Shown: positions 39,330 to 48,712 of the stretch, in pieces
Numbering within the stretch: the stretch's first letter is position 1
How the letters are laid out: every line of letters starts with the position of its first letter
From: Bacillota bacterium
GTDB lineage: Bacteria; Bacillota; Sulfobacillia; DUSP01; DYEP01
Reading direction: 5' to 3'
Assembly (NCBI GenBank): GCA_040755615.1
Contig: JBFMAL010000009.1
Span: forward strand, 3,155 to 67,154
DNA length: 64,000 nt
Program-made: the position numbers and the translations under genes
Notes under the pieces: model-generated
Databases searched by the model: none
Told to the model about the DNA's origin: nothing
Seen by the model: only the letters and a program-made list of their open reading frames with translations

Positions 39330-41239
39330 CTGATTCCCTCCTTCGCGCCTTCGACCGACGGGAAGAGCGAAAGGTCTGTGTGTGGTATGAACATGGCGCT
39401 CACAAACTCTTCCATAAAGGTATTCCCCACACTGAGCTCGAGGTACGTGATCTTCCTGGCTAGTTCATCCGCCTCTGCAAGCGCCTCCTCGGACAGAAGG
39501 CACATCCGGGCGCCTTTTATGGAGCTGTTCCCCAGGAACACGTACTTCTCGGGCGACACGTCGGGAATCAGGCCGATGGCCACCGCGTCCTGCACGTTCA
39601 GGTAAGACCCGAAGCCCCCCGCGATGTAAATTCGCTCCACCGCCTCCATCGGCAGGTCCACGGCGCGCAAGAGGCTTCGTATGCCAGCGTACACCGCGCC
39701 CTTTGCCCGCAGCAGATTCTTTACGTCGTCTTCGGTGATGGCGATATCCTCGCCATTGCGGGAATCCCTGCCCCACACCAGCACATACTCCCAGCCGTCG
39801 GGGGTTTGGCGCATGCGCGGAAAACCTGCGTCAGTCTGAAACTGTCCAGACCTATCGATAACCCCTGCCCTGCGGAGGCTTGAAAGGCAGTCGACCAGCC
39901 CCGAACCGCATACCCCTGACGGCCGTTCGCCGCCCACGGTCGACACGTACACCTCCCCGTCCGCGTCCACACGGACGCGCTGTATGGCGCCGGGAGTGGC
40001 CCGCATACCGCAGGAAATGCCGCCGCCCTCAAAGCAAGGGCCGGCCGAGCACGCGCACGCGACCATCCAGTCCCTGTTGCCCAGCACCATCTCACCATTG
40101 GTGCCGATGTCTATGAACAGCGCCACCTCATCGGAGTGGGCAAGGTCCGAGGCGAGCACTCCTGAAACGATATCGCCACCTACGTAACTGGCTACGGAAG
40201 GTACGGTATGCACCACTGCTTCTGGGTGCGCGACGAGCCCGATCTCCCGGGCGCGCACCACCCCGAAATGGGTCGCCGCCGGGATGTATGGCTCAAGCCG
40301 GATGAAATCAGGCGGCACCGCCAGCGCAAGATGCGACATGGTGGTATTCCCCGCCATCACGACTGCTATCACGTCATCCTTGCTCCGTCCGGTCTCAGAC
40401 AGCGCCTCAGCTGTTAGGTCGTTGATCGTCCCGATGACCGCCTGCTGCAGCTCTGCCAGTTTTTCTCCGCCCTCGGAGGCGTGGATGATCCTCGAGATCA
40501 CATCGTCGCCGTACCGGGCCTGCCTGTTGTAGCTGCCGCGCCGCTCAAGCGTAATGCCGCTGGAAAGGTCCACCAGGTGCACCACACAGGTGGTGGTGCC
40601 GATATCCACCGCCAGCCCGAGCGCGGAAGTCTCCTTGTGCCCCGGTCGGACGTCCACGATGGAATAGCCGTGCCCGGTGCGGGCGGCGTATACGTCCGCC
40701 CGGAACGAGCACTCCCGGAGCACTCTTGGAAGCCGCCTGAGAGTGGAAAGAGGCGTCTCCACCTCGTCCAGGCCGCCTTTCTTGAGCCTTGCCGTAAGCC
40801 TAGCCAGATCAGCTGCATTCTCAGTCAGAGTGGGTTCGTCAAGGCTCACGCTGACCTTCTTTCCGAGCGGAGAGAAGGCATAGCGCCCCGCGCCCTCCGT
40901 CTCCTTCTCCGTGAGGAGCCGGGCGTGCTCCGCGTCCCCGGTGAGTACGTGGTGCGTGGCCACCTTTGATTCCTCCGGCACAAACACCACTGTGTCGCCC
41001 ATGACGCGAGCCCTGCACGCAAGCACAAGACCGCGCTTTCGGAGTTTTTCCGGGATGCTGGCGTTGCCTTCGTCCACCCGGCCCTCCCTGATGGAGACAG
41101 CGCACCTTCCACACACGCCGTCGCCACCGCAGGAAGACTTGATCTGAAGACCCGCGAGAGTGGCCGCTCTCAGCAGGTCTGTGCCTTCCGGAACGAGCAC
41201 TTCCGCGTTATCCGGAACGAACCTCACTCTGTAAGCCAT
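39326..41239 (-). CDS. reductive activator of corrinoid Fe-S protein (RACo / AcsV-like: 2Fe-2S ferredoxin + ASKHA ATPase)
   Basis: N-terminal plant-type ferredoxin (CGGDGVCGRC), ASKHA-fold middle/C-terminal domains. Start ATG 41239 with GAGGAGG RBS. Confidence 0.8.
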   Translation of the reverse strand: MAYRVRFVPDNAEVLVPEGTDLLRAATLAGLQIKSSCGGDGVCGRCAVSIREGRVDEGNASIPEKLRKRGLVLACRARVMGDTVVFVPEESKVATHHVLTGDAEHARLLTEKETEGAGRYAFSPLGKKVSVSLDEPTLTENAADLARLTARLKKGGLDEVETPLSTLRRLPRVLRECSFRADVYAARTGHGYSIVDVRPGHKETSALGLAVDIGTTTCVVHLVDLSSGITLERRGSYNRQARYGDDVISRIIHASEGGEKLAELQQAVIGTINDLTAEALSETGRSKDDVIAVVMAGNTTMSHLALAVPPDFIRLEPYIPAATHFGVVRAREIGLVAHPEAVVHTVPSVASYVGGDIVSGVLASDLAHSDEVALFIDIGTNGEMVLGNRDWMVACACSAGPCFEGGGISCGMRATPGAIQRVRVDADGEVYVSTVGGERPSGVCGSGLVDCLSSLRRAGVIDRSGQFQTDAGFPRMRQTPDGWEYVLVWGRDSRNGEDIAITEDDVKNLLRAKGAVYAGIRSLLRAVDLPMEAVERIYIAGGFGSYLNVQDAVAIGLIPDVSPEKYVFLGNSSIKGARMCLLSEEALAEADELARKITYLELSVGNTFMEEFVSAMFIPHTDLSLFPSVEGAKEGIR

Positions 41240-41255
41240 CTGGATCCTCCTCGCT

Positions 41256-42590
41256 TTAGCCCGCGTACCTCTGTCTCGCAAACGCCGGGATGCCCGACGC
41301 CTCGCGCGGGCCTACCACCACTTTCCAGCCGGAGAGCTCGGCGAGCTTGCCGCTCAACACCGCCACGTGTCCGGGGAGCACCAGCTCGCGGTGGCTGACC
41401 TTTCCCTCAATTCCGGATTTCTTCAAAAAGTCTGCGATGGTCTCGGCAACGAACTTGCCCGCAGCCCAGGCTGTGAGCACTGATGTGCCGTCCGTATCCA
41501 CGGGCAGGATGTACGCAGGGATCTTGGAGCCTTCGACCTCGCCTTCCACGCTGTAGTAGGTGAGCGAGAAGTTGGTGGTGACATACACCGGCGAATTCTC
41601 GCTAACCGCTCCCACTTCATGTACCTTGGCTTCCACCTGGATGGGCTTTTGCGGGTCTGTGTAGATGTTGGCTCTCCAGGAAAGAAGCGGCAGGAGTTCT
41701 TCCTTCCGGCACGCCTTCACCACGACGGCGCTGGCGTACTTTGCCACGTACATCTGGGCCTCCATGATCTCCTCAAGCGGGTCCGTCGCGCTCGTGAACG
41801 CGAGAGTGGGATAGCCCAGCGGGCGGAACTTCTTCTTTATAGAAAGTCTTCTCATTTGTGTGAAATCGGCCAACGCCGCGGATAGCCCTGTTACGGACGG
41901 CGCAAGTACCAGTTCTTTCCACCCAGCGCCCGCACACTTCTGGGCCAGGTCTGCCAGCCCGTCAAGCCCTGATGCGCTCACCGCCAGCGGGCATGCATGC
42001 TTCTTTGCCAGTTCCACCAGAAGCTCGTAATTCTCTGGCGTAGCGGCAAAAAGCAGCGGCTTTCTCGCAGCTACCGTTTTTACCACGTTGTCGGCTGTCG
42101 CGCCGTCAAACCCCTTCACGTCGAGGATCAGTGCGCCGGCATAACCTGCAGCTACCTTCTCGAGCGCGGCCTGATAGCGGCTGGCGTCGCCCGACCTGCA
42201 GCGCAGAGCCACACCGTCCACCTTGTACTGCTGCCCCACCCGCTCGAACACCAGATCGTTAACCAGGGGAATTTTCTCGTCAAGCGCCTCGTCGTCCGAG
42301 ACCTCAATGAAGATGCCCGTGGGGTGCAGGAACGTTTTATCGTGCCTGAATATGACGGTCTCGTCTCCAAGTTCTACATCGCCCACACGCACCAGCTTGA
42401 TGGGCGGAGCAGAGGCAGAGGCCAGGTTCTCCCTGGCCTGGTCCGTGACATACGGGCACGACTCCAGCGATGCCTTGCCCGCGGCCAGCGCCATGGCAAA
42501 GGCAAGGCAGGTGGGCGGTCCGCACTCCCCACAGTTCTTCTTTGGCAGCTGTTTGTAAATGTCAAGACCGGTAAGTGCCATAAGGCTCAT
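41256..42590 (-). CDS. acsC: corrinoid iron-sulfur protein large (gamma) subunit
   Basis: N-terminal 4Fe-4S motif CGECGPPTC...C, TIM-barrel and B12-binding C-terminus. 444 aa. Confidence 0.85.
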   Translation of the reverse strand: MSLMALTGLDIYKQLPKKNCGECGPPTCLAFAMALAAGKASLESCPYVTDQARENLASASAPPIKLVRVGDVELGDETVIFRHDKTFLHPTGIFIEVSDDEALDEKIPLVNDLVFERVGQQYKVDGVALRCRSGDASRYQAALEKVAAGYAGALILDVKGFDGATADNVVKTVAARKPLLFAATPENYELLVELAKKHACPLAVSASGLDGLADLAQKCAGAGWKELVLAPSVTGLSAALADFTQMRRLSIKKKFRPLGYPTLAFTSATDPLEEIMEAQMYVAKYASAVVVKACRKEELLPLLSWRANIYTDPQKPIQVEAKVHEVGAVSENSPVYVTTNFSLTYYSVEGEVEGSKIPAYILPVDTDGTSVLTAWAAGKFVAETIADFLKKSGIEGKVSHRELVLPGHVAVLSGKLAELSGWKVVVGPREASGIPAFARQRYAG

Positions 42591-42607
42591 CCCCCTTTAC
42601 CTTGAAG

Positions 42608-44812
42608 TTACATAAGCGGAGGCATGGTGAGAGCCGGATGACCCTTCTCCTCAAGGAACGGAAGGATCTCCTCGGCTGTGCAGCCTACGTCCTCGTCAGC
42701 GATCTTATCGATGAAGTCCGCTCCGAGTCCTTCCTCTTCAGACCTCTTCACGAATTCATCGCGCAAGAATTCTTTCAGCTCTTTGGGCATCCACACGATC
42801 CGTCTGATGCCCCCGTCCGCGGCGATAAACTTCCTTGAGTTGATGTAGCTGCGCCCGATACCCATAAAACCAGGTGTCTGCGCCCCGCCGCCTACCATGC
42901 CAGCGAGCGTGGAGAAGGTCATCCCAACCGGTGTCATCAGCTTTGAGGACTCGCGGGTGGTGATCATGATGCCGTTGGCCTCCGGCACAATCGCCATGAT
43001 CGCCTCGAAGCAGCCGCAGGATGTCATAGGCTTCTCCATGAGGGTGTAGATACACACGCCCTCCACACTCCTGTTGGAGTTCTTGTAGACGAACTCGTCC
43101 ACGGACTTCCACACGCCCTTGACCTCGTCCTCGCAGTATCCCTTGGGAATGGGCTGGTTGGGGCCTGTCGGGTTGATCTGGTAAGACGCCTTGCCGTCAA
43201 GCCAGGTCACCGCGCCGCAGAGTCCCACCCGCTCGGGCGTCACCACGCATACGTGGTTGGGCGCGAATGACTGGCACAGCGAGCAGCTGTAAAACTCCTG
43301 CACTGCATCGTCAGTGAGCCCGCGCATGCGCGCGTCTCTGGTGGCGTAGCGTTCTTTCGCCACTTTCAGTTTCTCCCTGACCAGCGCTTCGTCGGTGATG
43401 ATGGTCACCTGCACCCGGTCTACGATGGAAGGAAACTCCGACTTGAACTTGGCGACCAGGATGTCCCCGATGTGTCTCATCCGGAAGCCCTTTGCGAATG
43501 CCTCCTTCGATACGCGCACCCAGGCCAGATCTCTTTGCGCTACGTGCCAGAGCCCCTCGGCGTAGTTCACAAAGTAGTGGATGCGCCGCTCGAGGACAGG
43601 TTCGAAGTCCTCCTGCATCTTCCTGCCGTAGATATCCACCATGAGCCCAAGCGGCAGCGCGCTGCCTTCGGGTATAGAATCCACGTCCGGGCCTATGAGC
43701 TCCACTTTTTCGTCTTCAATCTCATCCAGGTTTACCATGCGCAAGAGTTCGAACGCGGGTGTCTTGCCTCCACCGAATTCCGCGTGCACGTCAGCCTTGC
43801 GGATGGTCTCGCCCTCGAACGCGGGGCCGAAGTTGAGCGGTATGGGTATCTCTACGGAAGTCAGCTTGATACCCCTGAGCTCCATGGCAAACTTCACCAG
43901 GTCGCTGTAATCGGGGTGTGACACGTACCAGTCGGGCACTTCCTCATCCAGCTCCTGGTCGGTGATGACGGGAAAGCCCAGGAATATGGCGCCGAAATGG
44001 GCCGCCACCTTGACTTCGTCGATCTCGCCGAGCTGCAGCACGAATGCGCGCACCCGGCGCCTTTGGTAATCCCTCTGCTCCGCGCGCTTGCCTGGCTGTA
44101 TGCCGCCGAACGCAAGTCCCGCGCGAAGCGCGTAGTTTACAGCATGAACCACCTGCGTGAAGTTACCCACCGGGAAGCAGATGTAGTCCACGCCCATCTT
44201 CATATCTTCTTCGAGAAGCTGTTCGATGATCTCGTCAGAGAGGAAGATCATCATGCCCTTGCCCATGAGCTCCTCGACCAGCTTCTTTGCAGCTTTTGAA
44301 TCTTTCGCGCGTCCAAGGATGACGGCCTGACCAGGTATGGTCCAGTCCACCAGCTTGATGCCGTAACGCCGCACGGCAGGATCAGGCAGAAAGCCCGTCC
44401 AGGGCTCGTGCTTGGGCTCGTCGTTGTTGACGTAATGCAGCGCCTCAATTATCTCTGCCGCATAGAGCGTGGCTTCACCAGCGAGCCGGGCGTTTTCGAA
44501 CGTCAGCTCCTCCTTAATCTGAGACCGAATGCGGTTTAATATGGGGACCAGTTCCCCGAGCCGTGTGACCCTCTCTCCGCTCAAGGCGGTGATCACCGGC
44601 AGGTTGTACGCGGTGTCTGGGTAAGCCACTTCCTTGTCGGGGCCGTGCTCCCTGAGGGCCTGGCTCAGGAGGATCTCGGCGTAGCTAGTGGCGATGATGG
44701 CACCGTCGTAGCACCGCTTGAACAGCTTCTTTGGCGCCTTGTCCGGGTCCTTGATCGCCCCTTCATAGATTTTGTCAAACTCCGTTATACGGGGTTCCCA
44801 TGTGTTAAGCAT
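42608..44812 (-). CDS. acsB: acetyl-CoA synthase catalytic subunit (ACS, A-cluster subunit)
   Basis: 734 aa with the A-cluster Cys region (CGCFE, CSLCQSFAPNHVC). Adjacent to cooS. Confidence 0.9.
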   Translation of the reverse strand: MLNTWEPRITEFDKIYEGAIKDPDKAPKKLFKRCYDGAIIATSYAEILLSQALREHGPDKEVAYPDTAYNLPVITALSGERVTRLGELVPILNRIRSQIKEELTFENARLAGEATLYAAEIIEALHYVNNDEPKHEPWTGFLPDPAVRRYGIKLVDWTIPGQAVILGRAKDSKAAKKLVEELMGKGMMIFLSDEIIEQLLEEDMKMGVDYICFPVGNFTQVVHAVNYALRAGLAFGGIQPGKRAEQRDYQRRRVRAFVLQLGEIDEVKVAAHFGAIFLGFPVITDQELDEEVPDWYVSHPDYSDLVKFAMELRGIKLTSVEIPIPLNFGPAFEGETIRKADVHAEFGGGKTPAFELLRMVNLDEIEDEKVELIGPDVDSIPEGSALPLGLMVDIYGRKMQEDFEPVLERRIHYFVNYAEGLWHVAQRDLAWVRVSKEAFAKGFRMRHIGDILVAKFKSEFPSIVDRVQVTIITDEALVREKLKVAKERYATRDARMRGLTDDAVQEFYSCSLCQSFAPNHVCVVTPERVGLCGAVTWLDGKASYQINPTGPNQPIPKGYCEDEVKGVWKSVDEFVYKNSNRSVEGVCIYTLMEKPMTSCGCFEAIMAIVPEANGIMITTRESSKLMTPVGMTFSTLAGMVGGGAQTPGFMGIGRSYINSRKFIAADGGIRRIVWMPKELKEFLRDEFVKRSEEEGLGADFIDKIADEDVGCTAEEILPFLEEKGHPALTMPPLM

Positions 44813-44841
44813 CCTCGTTTTCTCCTCCCTTCTCCCGTGGC

Positions 44842-46851
44842 TTACCAGTGGACCGCGACCGGCGTCTCATACTTCTCCGCCGCGGCCCTGTGGATTTTCA
44901 GCTTCCACACCCTGTACTCGAGGGCGTCGATGATCTTCCGGGCACCCTCTGCCGGGTCTTGCTCGAGGATGAAGTGCCCGCCGTAAACATCGTGGGCGAT
45001 CTGGGTGGCGATGCCGTATACCAGCTGGCTGCCTTCGAGGGGTGGCATCACGCCGACGTGTACGGGCAGTCCCATGGCGACGCACCAGGACCCGATGGAC
45101 ACGGCCTTTTCATGCATAGCCTCCGGCGCGCTCGCTGCGAACGGTACCTTGGGGACGTCCACTCCCAGGTCGTTCGCCATATCGGTGCACAGGTCCATCG
45201 CCCTCGTGTTGTCCACGCAGGAGCCCATATGCAGCACTAAAGGCAGCTCGACTCCAGCAGCCCCGCCCACGCGCTTCAAGAACGACTTAAGCCCTTCGCC
45301 GGCGTACGCGTCCACTGCTGCGGGTGTCAAAAGGCCCGACTTGGCGAATGCGCCTGCGGCGCAACCGGTTGCAAGGAGCAGCACGTTGTTCTTTGCCAGT
45401 TCCGTTGCGATGTAGACATGGGATTCATCCTGCATGATCCGCAGGTTGTTGCACCCTGCGAATAGGCAGACGCCAAGGAGCTCGCCGGAGAGTATGGCGT
45501 CGTTAATCACCCTCACTGGGTTTTCGCGGTTAGTCGCAGAGAGGATCTCATAGATCGCTTCCCTGCTGAAGCCCGCGATGGCTTCGTTCTTCACCGAAGG
45601 TATCCTCACGCGCTTTTCATCTCTCTCGCGGAACGCCGAGATGGCCAACCTCACCATCTCTTTGGCAGTCTCAAGCGCGCGTTCCTCCTGGAAGTCGAAG
45701 TGGTAGGAGGATGGGATCTTCGCCGTCTCAGAAGTAGTGATGAACCTGGTGTGGAAGCACTCAGAAAGTGGCTTGAGAGCGGGCATGATACACTGGACGT
45801 CCACTACCATGGCGTCGAGCACGCCGGTCAAGACCGCCAGTTCCTGGGAGGCCTGGTTGCCGGCGAGCGCCACGCCCTGGCGCATGAGCAGCTCGTTTCC
45901 AGTGCAGCAGATGCCGCACACCTTGATTCCTTTGGCCCCTACGCTCCTGGCTTCAGCCTGGAGCTGTTCTGCGGCCTCAACGATCATCTCAGACAGCGTG
46001 GGGTTATGCCCGTGTACTGCGATGTTCACATATTCCTTGTCTAGGACGCCGAGGTTCGCCTCAGTCTTTATGGGTCGTGGGGTGCCAAAAAGGATATCGG
46101 ATAGGTCTGTTGTGATGTGCATTCCGGTAAAGTCCACGAGAGAGGTCTTAAGAGCTCCGAAAATGATGTTCACGGGATCGGAGTCCATGCCCATAGTGGT
46201 CTGGTCCATGATCTCCACGACGGCCCTGTCGACCGCGGTGGGCAGGATGTCACAGTGTTTGAACTTCTTCCTTCTGCCCTCTGTGATGTTGTTCCAGAGC
46301 CATTTGGGCGGGTCGTCAGTAAAGCTGTGGTAGTCATCAAGAGCGGCCAGCGCCACCTCGCGCACCAGTTCCCGGTCAGACTTGCCTTCTGTCTCTATGC
46401 CCATCTGCCGGGCCACAGCAGACAGCTTATTCGGGTCTGATACCTTGTAATCCGGCGCCTTGCCTTCCGCCATCTTAAGCACTGTCTTGGCGACGTGGTG
46501 CCCGTGCTGGGAATGGCACGCTGCGCCTCCTGCCACCAGCCTCGCGTAATTACGTGCGACGATGGTGTAGTCCGAGGCGCCGCAGATACCCTTCTGGTTC
46601 GCCTCGCTCTTTGAACTGATGCGGCACGGACCCTGGATGCAGTTCCTGCAGCAGATACCTGTCAGCCCGAAGCCGCACTGGGGCTGCTGCGCGACGTACC
46701 GTTGGAATGCGGTGATCGCGCCCTGCTCCTCCGCCATACACAGCACCTCATGACATGCCGCGTCGGACGTGCGCTTGGGGTCGGTAATCTTCTGCCTGCT
46801 GGTGGCTTGATTCTTCAAGTCACCGAGCCGGACGTTCCTGAATCTCGGCAC
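44842..46851 (-). CDS. cooS: Ni-dependent carbon monoxide dehydrogenase catalytic subunit (GTG start)
   Basis: B/D-cluster N-terminal Cys motifs (CGFGLTGICCRNCIQGPCRI), C-cluster ligands. GGGGGT RBS before GTG at 46851. Confidence 0.9.
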   Translation of the reverse strand: MPRFRNVRLGDLKNQATSRQKITDPKRTSDAACHEVLCMAEEQGAITAFQRYVAQQPQCGFGLTGICCRNCIQGPCRISSKSEANQKGICGASDYTIVARNYARLVAGGAACHSQHGHHVAKTVLKMAEGKAPDYKVSDPNKLSAVARQMGIETEGKSDRELVREVALAALDDYHSFTDDPPKWLWNNITEGRRKKFKHCDILPTAVDRAVVEIMDQTTMGMDSDPVNIIFGALKTSLVDFTGMHITTDLSDILFGTPRPIKTEANLGVLDKEYVNIAVHGHNPTLSEMIVEAAEQLQAEARSVGAKGIKVCGICCTGNELLMRQGVALAGNQASQELAVLTGVLDAMVVDVQCIMPALKPLSECFHTRFITTSETAKIPSSYHFDFQEERALETAKEMVRLAISAFRERDEKRVRIPSVKNEAIAGFSREAIYEILSATNRENPVRVINDAILSGELLGVCLFAGCNNLRIMQDESHVYIATELAKNNVLLLATGCAAGAFAKSGLLTPAAVDAYAGEGLKSFLKRVGGAAGVELPLVLHMGSCVDNTRAMDLCTDMANDLGVDVPKVPFAASAPEAMHEKAVSIGSWCVAMGLPVHVGVMPPLEGSQLVYGIATQIAHDVYGGHFILEQDPAEGARKIIDALEYRVWKLKIHRAAAEKYETPVAVHW

Positions 46852-47011
46852 TTAGGTTTACCCCCTTTGCAATAAATAAATGATACAACAAAGCCAGGTC
46901 CTCTGGCATTGACATACATAGAACAGGCCGTGTATGCTTTCGACAATTGTTACACAAATCCTCTTACAGAACCTACTCCCCGCCCTGCCATATAACGTAC
47001 ATGCTGGTGAT

Positions 47012-47620
47012 TCACCCCTCGGAACGGGCGAGGGCCATCAGGGTGTACACCGTCTGCGCTGCCAGTACTACGAGGTCCTCCGTACAAAGATAGGTGGGCG
47101 CTGTGGCGTCAAACAGGATGTTACCCTGGGCAGGCACCTCGTCGTCGCCCTGCCACAGCACGAAAGTGAGTGGCACCCTGGGTAATGCGTCAAGCGCCAC
47201 CGAGCAATGTCCTATCTCCTCCTTTCTTCCTCCCAGGGCAAGTGCCGCCCTGACCAACACCTCGGGACGCGCGCGGAAACACCGCACCATCGGCTGGACG
47301 GTACGCGCAATGAACGGCCCGGTATAGATCTCGCCTCCAGGGAGCCGGCGAAATGACAGGTATTCTCCCCTGACAGGCAGGCCGCTGGCACCGAGCAGAT
47401 AATGGAGGATAAGGATCTCATCAACGGGGTTTTCGTACCTATCCCCGCCTAGAAATACCAGGCCTTCTTGAGCGTCCACCGAGAATTCCCGGCCGATGTA
47501 CGTGAGGTGTAGCCGATGCCCGTCATACCTTGCACCAGCCAGCCTGGCGCTTTCAGCTGGATCAAGTGCCTTCATTCTGGCTCTGGCGAGACGGAGTGCT
47601 GCCGTATAGTTCATTGGCAT
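47012..47620 (-). CDS. DUF3786-type protein commonly found at the head of CODH/ACS operons
   Basis: 202-aa ORF directly upstream of cooS on the same strand. Resembles the conserved acs-associated hypothetical family; call from memory. Confidence 0.55.
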   Translation of the reverse strand: MPMNYTAALRLARARMKALDPAESARLAGARYDGHRLHLTYIGREFSVDAQEGLVFLGGDRYENPVDEILILHYLLGASGLPVRGEYLSFRRLPGGEIYTGPFIARTVQPMVRCFRARPEVLVRAALALGGRKEEIGHCSVALDALPRVPLTFVLWQGDDEVPAQGNILFDATAPTYLCTEDLVVLAAQTVYTLMALARSEG

Positions 47621-47663
47621 CTGGTATCAACCTTTTTGTGAAATTTCTGTATCCTATCAATGG

Positions 47664-47688
47664 AAAAAGCCGGATATCTATTCCGGCC
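47664..47688 (-). terminator. intrinsic terminator / attenuator hairpin in the acs-operon leader
   Basis: Minus strand reads GCCGGA-auagaua-UCCGGC followed by UUUUU, about 45 nt upstream of the DUF3786 start. Confidence 0.6.
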
Positions 47689-47797
47689 TTCCTGATTCGC
47701 GTCCCTATTACAGTGGTATTTCCTCCGTTTTACCCCCAAGAGCTTTTCCCCGCTTTATCTGATTTTACGTCTTTAGCGTACTTATCATTATGATGAT

Positions 47798-47814
47798 TAT
47801 AACATTGTTATAAT
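47798..47814. promoter_or_regulatory. perfect 8-1-8 inverted repeat TTATAACA-t-TGTTATAA overlapping extended -10 elements (TGTTATAAT on both strands), in an AT-rich island
   Basis: Directly read from sequence. A flanking imperfect Fur/PerR-like palindrome CTTATCATTATGATGATTATAAC lies at 47780-47802. Confidence 0.5.
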
Positions 47815-48041
47815 AATGAGTCAAAGAATAACGTATGTTCTGCATTTCACATTCTTCACTCGCGGATTCGTGTTCATCCTGCTCTTTGGCATTTGAAAGC
47901 ACATTTGTTGGACTTGCATCGCAAACGAGACTCCAGTGCCCCACCGTTTCTATAGCCAACACCGGTACGGGAGGCCTGCTGCACGTACCCAGCTGCACCG
48001 AGAACAGACTGCAGCAGACGAACGCCTCGTCGCCGAGCAGT

Positions 48042-48455
48042 TTAGCCTTCGATCCTATAAGATGATATCACCCGTATGTCAGGATGCAGCGAATGCCTGA
48101 CGGTGCAGTACTTGTCCGCAAGCTGCAGCGCCCGTTCCAAAGCCTCGGGCGCAAACGGACCGCCGGACAGCACGTACTCAAGATGAATCTCCTGAAACCG
48201 CGCGGTCGCTTCCTCCGGCCGGGTAGCCTTGACCTCCACCCTCAACCGTGTCACGAGGAACTTCATCTTGTCCAATATGTCAAGCAGCGTGATGGCGCCG
48301 CAGGCAGCCAGCGCCTCAAGCAGCAGGTGAGTGGGCAGCGGCTTGTCCTTACCCACCAGTGTGGGCGGTCCATCGTCAACTGTGGCATGGAAGTTCCTAT
48401 TTCCTATCCACGTTATATCGAGCGCGTAGTGTTTCACCTTTTCATCCTCCCCCAT
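48042..48455 (-). CDS. OsmC/Ohr-family peroxiredoxin-like protein
   Basis: OsmC-like fold sequence with paired Cys (ALAACGAIT ... KYCTVRHSL). Confidence 0.65.
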   Translation of the reverse strand: MGEDEKVKHYALDITWIGNRNFHATVDDGPPTLVGKDKPLPTHLLLEALAACGAITLLDILDKMKFLVTRLRVEVKATRPEEATARFQEIHLEYVLSGGPFAPEALERALQLADKYCTVRHSLHPDIRVISSYRIEG

Positions 48456-48667
48456 CTTTCTTTCGGTGTCCTCTCAGAAAGTCCTAACCGCCGGTAGTTT
48501 GAGCTTTCGGAAGACGCATCTCAGGTTTTTCTCGATTTCCCCAAACGGATGCATGCCGTCCTCGAGCCGTCAAGGCTCCTGCTCTCCTCAATCACTTACT
48601 TCGGCTCTATTCCCACGTCTTCCCAGGGAGTTTCTGCGTGTTTCCGAGAGCACTCTTTCGCTGAAGA

Positions 48668-48701
48668 CGAAAATGGGGCGCCGGTCTCCATACAGCGCCC
48701 C
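48668..48701 (-). terminator. intrinsic terminator downstream of the aminotransferase gene
   Basis: GGGGCGC-N13-GCGCCCC hairpin followed by AUUUUCGUCUUC on the minus strand. Confidence 0.6.
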
Positions 48702-48712
48702 CGCGTGACTGA

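Noticed and set aside
47631-47660. Rex-box-like sequence TTTTGTGAAATTTCTGTA just upstream of the DUF3786 start
   Set aside because: Only one half-site (TTGTGAA) matches the Rex consensus. The second half is not its reverse complement. Left as a remark only.
47765-47998. 77-aa minus-strand ORF in the AT-rich island
   Set aside because: Translation ends in low-complexity IIIIMISTLKT derived from the AT-rich palindrome region. No RBS. More plausibly non-coding regulatory DNA.
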